Assembly (NCBI GenBank): GCA_965649765.1
Contig: OZ287749.1
Span: forward strand, 30,938,001-31,002,000
Direction of reading: 5' to 3'
Source: Bispira polyomma
Lineage: Eukaryota
Length of the DNA stretch: 64,000 nucleotides
Below, in pieces: positions 62,000-64,000 of the stretch (positions within the stretch are counted from its first letter, which is position 1; every line of letters starts with the position of its first letter). The translations under genes and the position numbers were made by a program. The notes under the pieces were generated by a model that saw only the letters and a program-made list of their open reading frames with translations, was not told where the DNA came from and ran no database searches.

Positions 62000-62430
62000 G
62001 GGTGGAACTGTAAGATTGGAAACTTGTAAACACAATTGGTTGAAAATAAGGAACTTATCCAAAAATAGCAATTTATAAATGATTTTGAATGTAACCCATA
62101 CTGGCATTGACTGCTATGAACATTTCTATATTTGGATGGGTATACTGTACTTGGTAATTTAATAAGGACATAAACCATATCATACAAAATATATTACCAT
62201 TTAAACGCTGCTGTCGTATTGCACAAATGACCCAAAAATCAAACCCTAAAATCATGAATAATGTAGAACATACTTACTTTACCCTTGCTTTCAAGTCGTA
62301 CATAGTCCAAATCAAGATCATTCAGAAATGGGTAACTGTTAGATGTATTGCCAACATTGAAAGATAGCGCAATCATTGCAACTGTTATTGTATTGTTGGC
62401 ATTTGGAAATCCTGGGATCTTAAAATCTTT
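62000..62430 (-). pseudogene. two decayed CUB-like exons
   Basis: IPGFPNA...IALSF...LDYVRLESKGK|gtaagt, very short intron-like gap, ttttag| then LGHLCNTTAAF...YDMVYV. Confidence 0.35.
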
Positions 62431-63521
62431 GTAAATAGAACCAAATAACAATTTATTATAGATGAAGATACATCGTGATATTGTATTTATATATGTTGTT
62501 AATTCAAACCTATACAAGTGCATACATATAATAAATTTCCCGAAAAAGATTTATTGGCGAATAATATTTGTTAGAATAATATTCGCTAAAACAAAAATAC
62601 ATGTGACAATCAGATTCAAAACTGCATCAATGTCTTTGTTTTCAGTAAATTTATGTAGTACTCTCCATTAATTTTTATATGTTGATATATTATCGATCTG
62701 TATGTGTGTGAGGAATCGAGAAATTAATCGTAATGAAAGTTACAAATTTTTAAATATCACAACTTTGCTAAATAGTGGCAAATAGCATTATTGACTTCTT
62801 TCTATAAAGCTAAGATGAAATTAAGGCAACTCTTATTTATGTATTTTTAGGCTGTCAATTATTTTCCTGTGTATGAAGACTGTATACACAACAAAGGTAT
62901 TAAAATCTACCTCATACTTTATGGTAAGTATTGTACCGAGGGCAATGCACTTTGTTTCAGTCGAAATAGGTGCATCTCTCTTATCAAGGTGAATACGGTA
63001 TCGGCTGCCAGCTGATTGTCAAGGTATAGGTGCTATATTTATCGTGTATAGGTCACTGGCTAAACTTCTAGCGTGGGTGATGTTAATTATGGGTTGTTTT
63101 GTCTTGTAGGCATGCTTGTCACAAGGTTCAATTTATTTGGCTCAGCACCAATAGTGCAATGAGGTGATCGGTATATGTAATGTTTTATTTGATGAAACAG
63201 CCATGTGGGCTGTCATTATATGCTGACGATATGTGTGGTTAGGTGTACGGGTATGGGTTGCTAGGTTTGCCTATATAATTTGTATATACCACTAATACTT
63301 CACACAATTAGTTGGTAGCATAGGGAGTACTGTATTGACAGAGGACTACATCTACAAACTACCACAGAGGGCTGGGCTTGCCATATACTCCCGCTACCAA
63401 CTTGTTCATGTCTATAAAAAAAACTTTCAGGCGGTCTTTTCACCACATTTTAAATTCTCAGTGTAGGTATGTCAAAGGGTGTCGCACTTTGGCACCAGTG
63501 CACCCGCGGCCCATTATGTTA

Positions 63522-64000
63522 GGCCGTGGTCACACGAGCCTTACGTTTTGATAGCTAACGTAAGGTAAAACGTAGTGAAACATAAACTTAAGTAAACGTA
63601 AGCATACGTGAGTAAGATGATCCCTAATTATCCCATTTTAAGAAAACAATATTAATTTTCGGATTGCTCTAATTTTTTTACTTATTCAGCCGTTTGCTGA
63701 AAATTTTCCGGAAATGGATGGTGCGTTCACAGCAAACGTATAATACATATCCAATGCGTATTTGACATGAAGGGTATGAGTAAAACGAACTATACCTACA
63801 AATATTTTTAAAATTGAGGAGAACGAGAAAGAAACCGGTTTACAAACGTTAAAAATGAGGGGAACAAGACCGAAACAATTTTAGAATTGTGGCTTAAGTA
63901 TTTCTAAAATGTGGCTAATGAGGCTAACGTATTTCTAAAACGTGGGTAACGATTTAAACATAATTGAAACGGCTAAAAAAAATGTATTAAATGTACAAAC
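63522..64000 (+). mobile_element. left part of a Harbinger-like MITE (runs off window)
   Basis: tta|ggccgtggtcacacg start (compare the ...gtcacac TIRs above) followed by aacg-rich subterminal repeats. Confidence 0.5.

Overview
AT-rich, repeat-dense eukaryotic DNA; the repeat types suggest a marine invertebrate such as a mollusc or other lophotrochozoan (inference). No intact host gene is visible. Positions 1-31.4 kb are a tandem array of about four diverged, partial copies of a decayed, apparently intronless LRR-containing 7TM receptor (LGR/GRL101-like) pseudogene. Two near full-length Ngaro-type tyrosine-recombinase (YR) retrotransposons sit in this array (6223-11405 minus; 13405-18683 plus). 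Both have empty-site paralogues in the window and no target duplication. Downstream are an internally deleted PIF/Harbinger transposon (32086-37421), an L1/Tx1 fragment and a young Gypsy LTR element (44517-52556) with an extra C2H2 zinc-finger ORF where env would be. There is also a Harbinger MITE, several SINEs, microsatellites and decayed CUB-like exons. The main discovery candidate is a set of at least six sequence-diverged YR-type modules: two coding, plus four ORF-less minis at 6223-6700, 38291-39526, 42251-43142 and 59186-~60102. All share one terminal design: a 5' end (usually TG), a short inner hairpin, then a CAG-starting arm 29-40 nt from the 5' end that is complementary to the CTG-ending 3' terminus, so joined ends fold into an attC-like hairpin. 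The minis carry structured non-coding cargo, including a ~217-nt G.U-rich rod. The YR ORF appears to be expressed by splicing from gag. All alignments and folds were done by eye.
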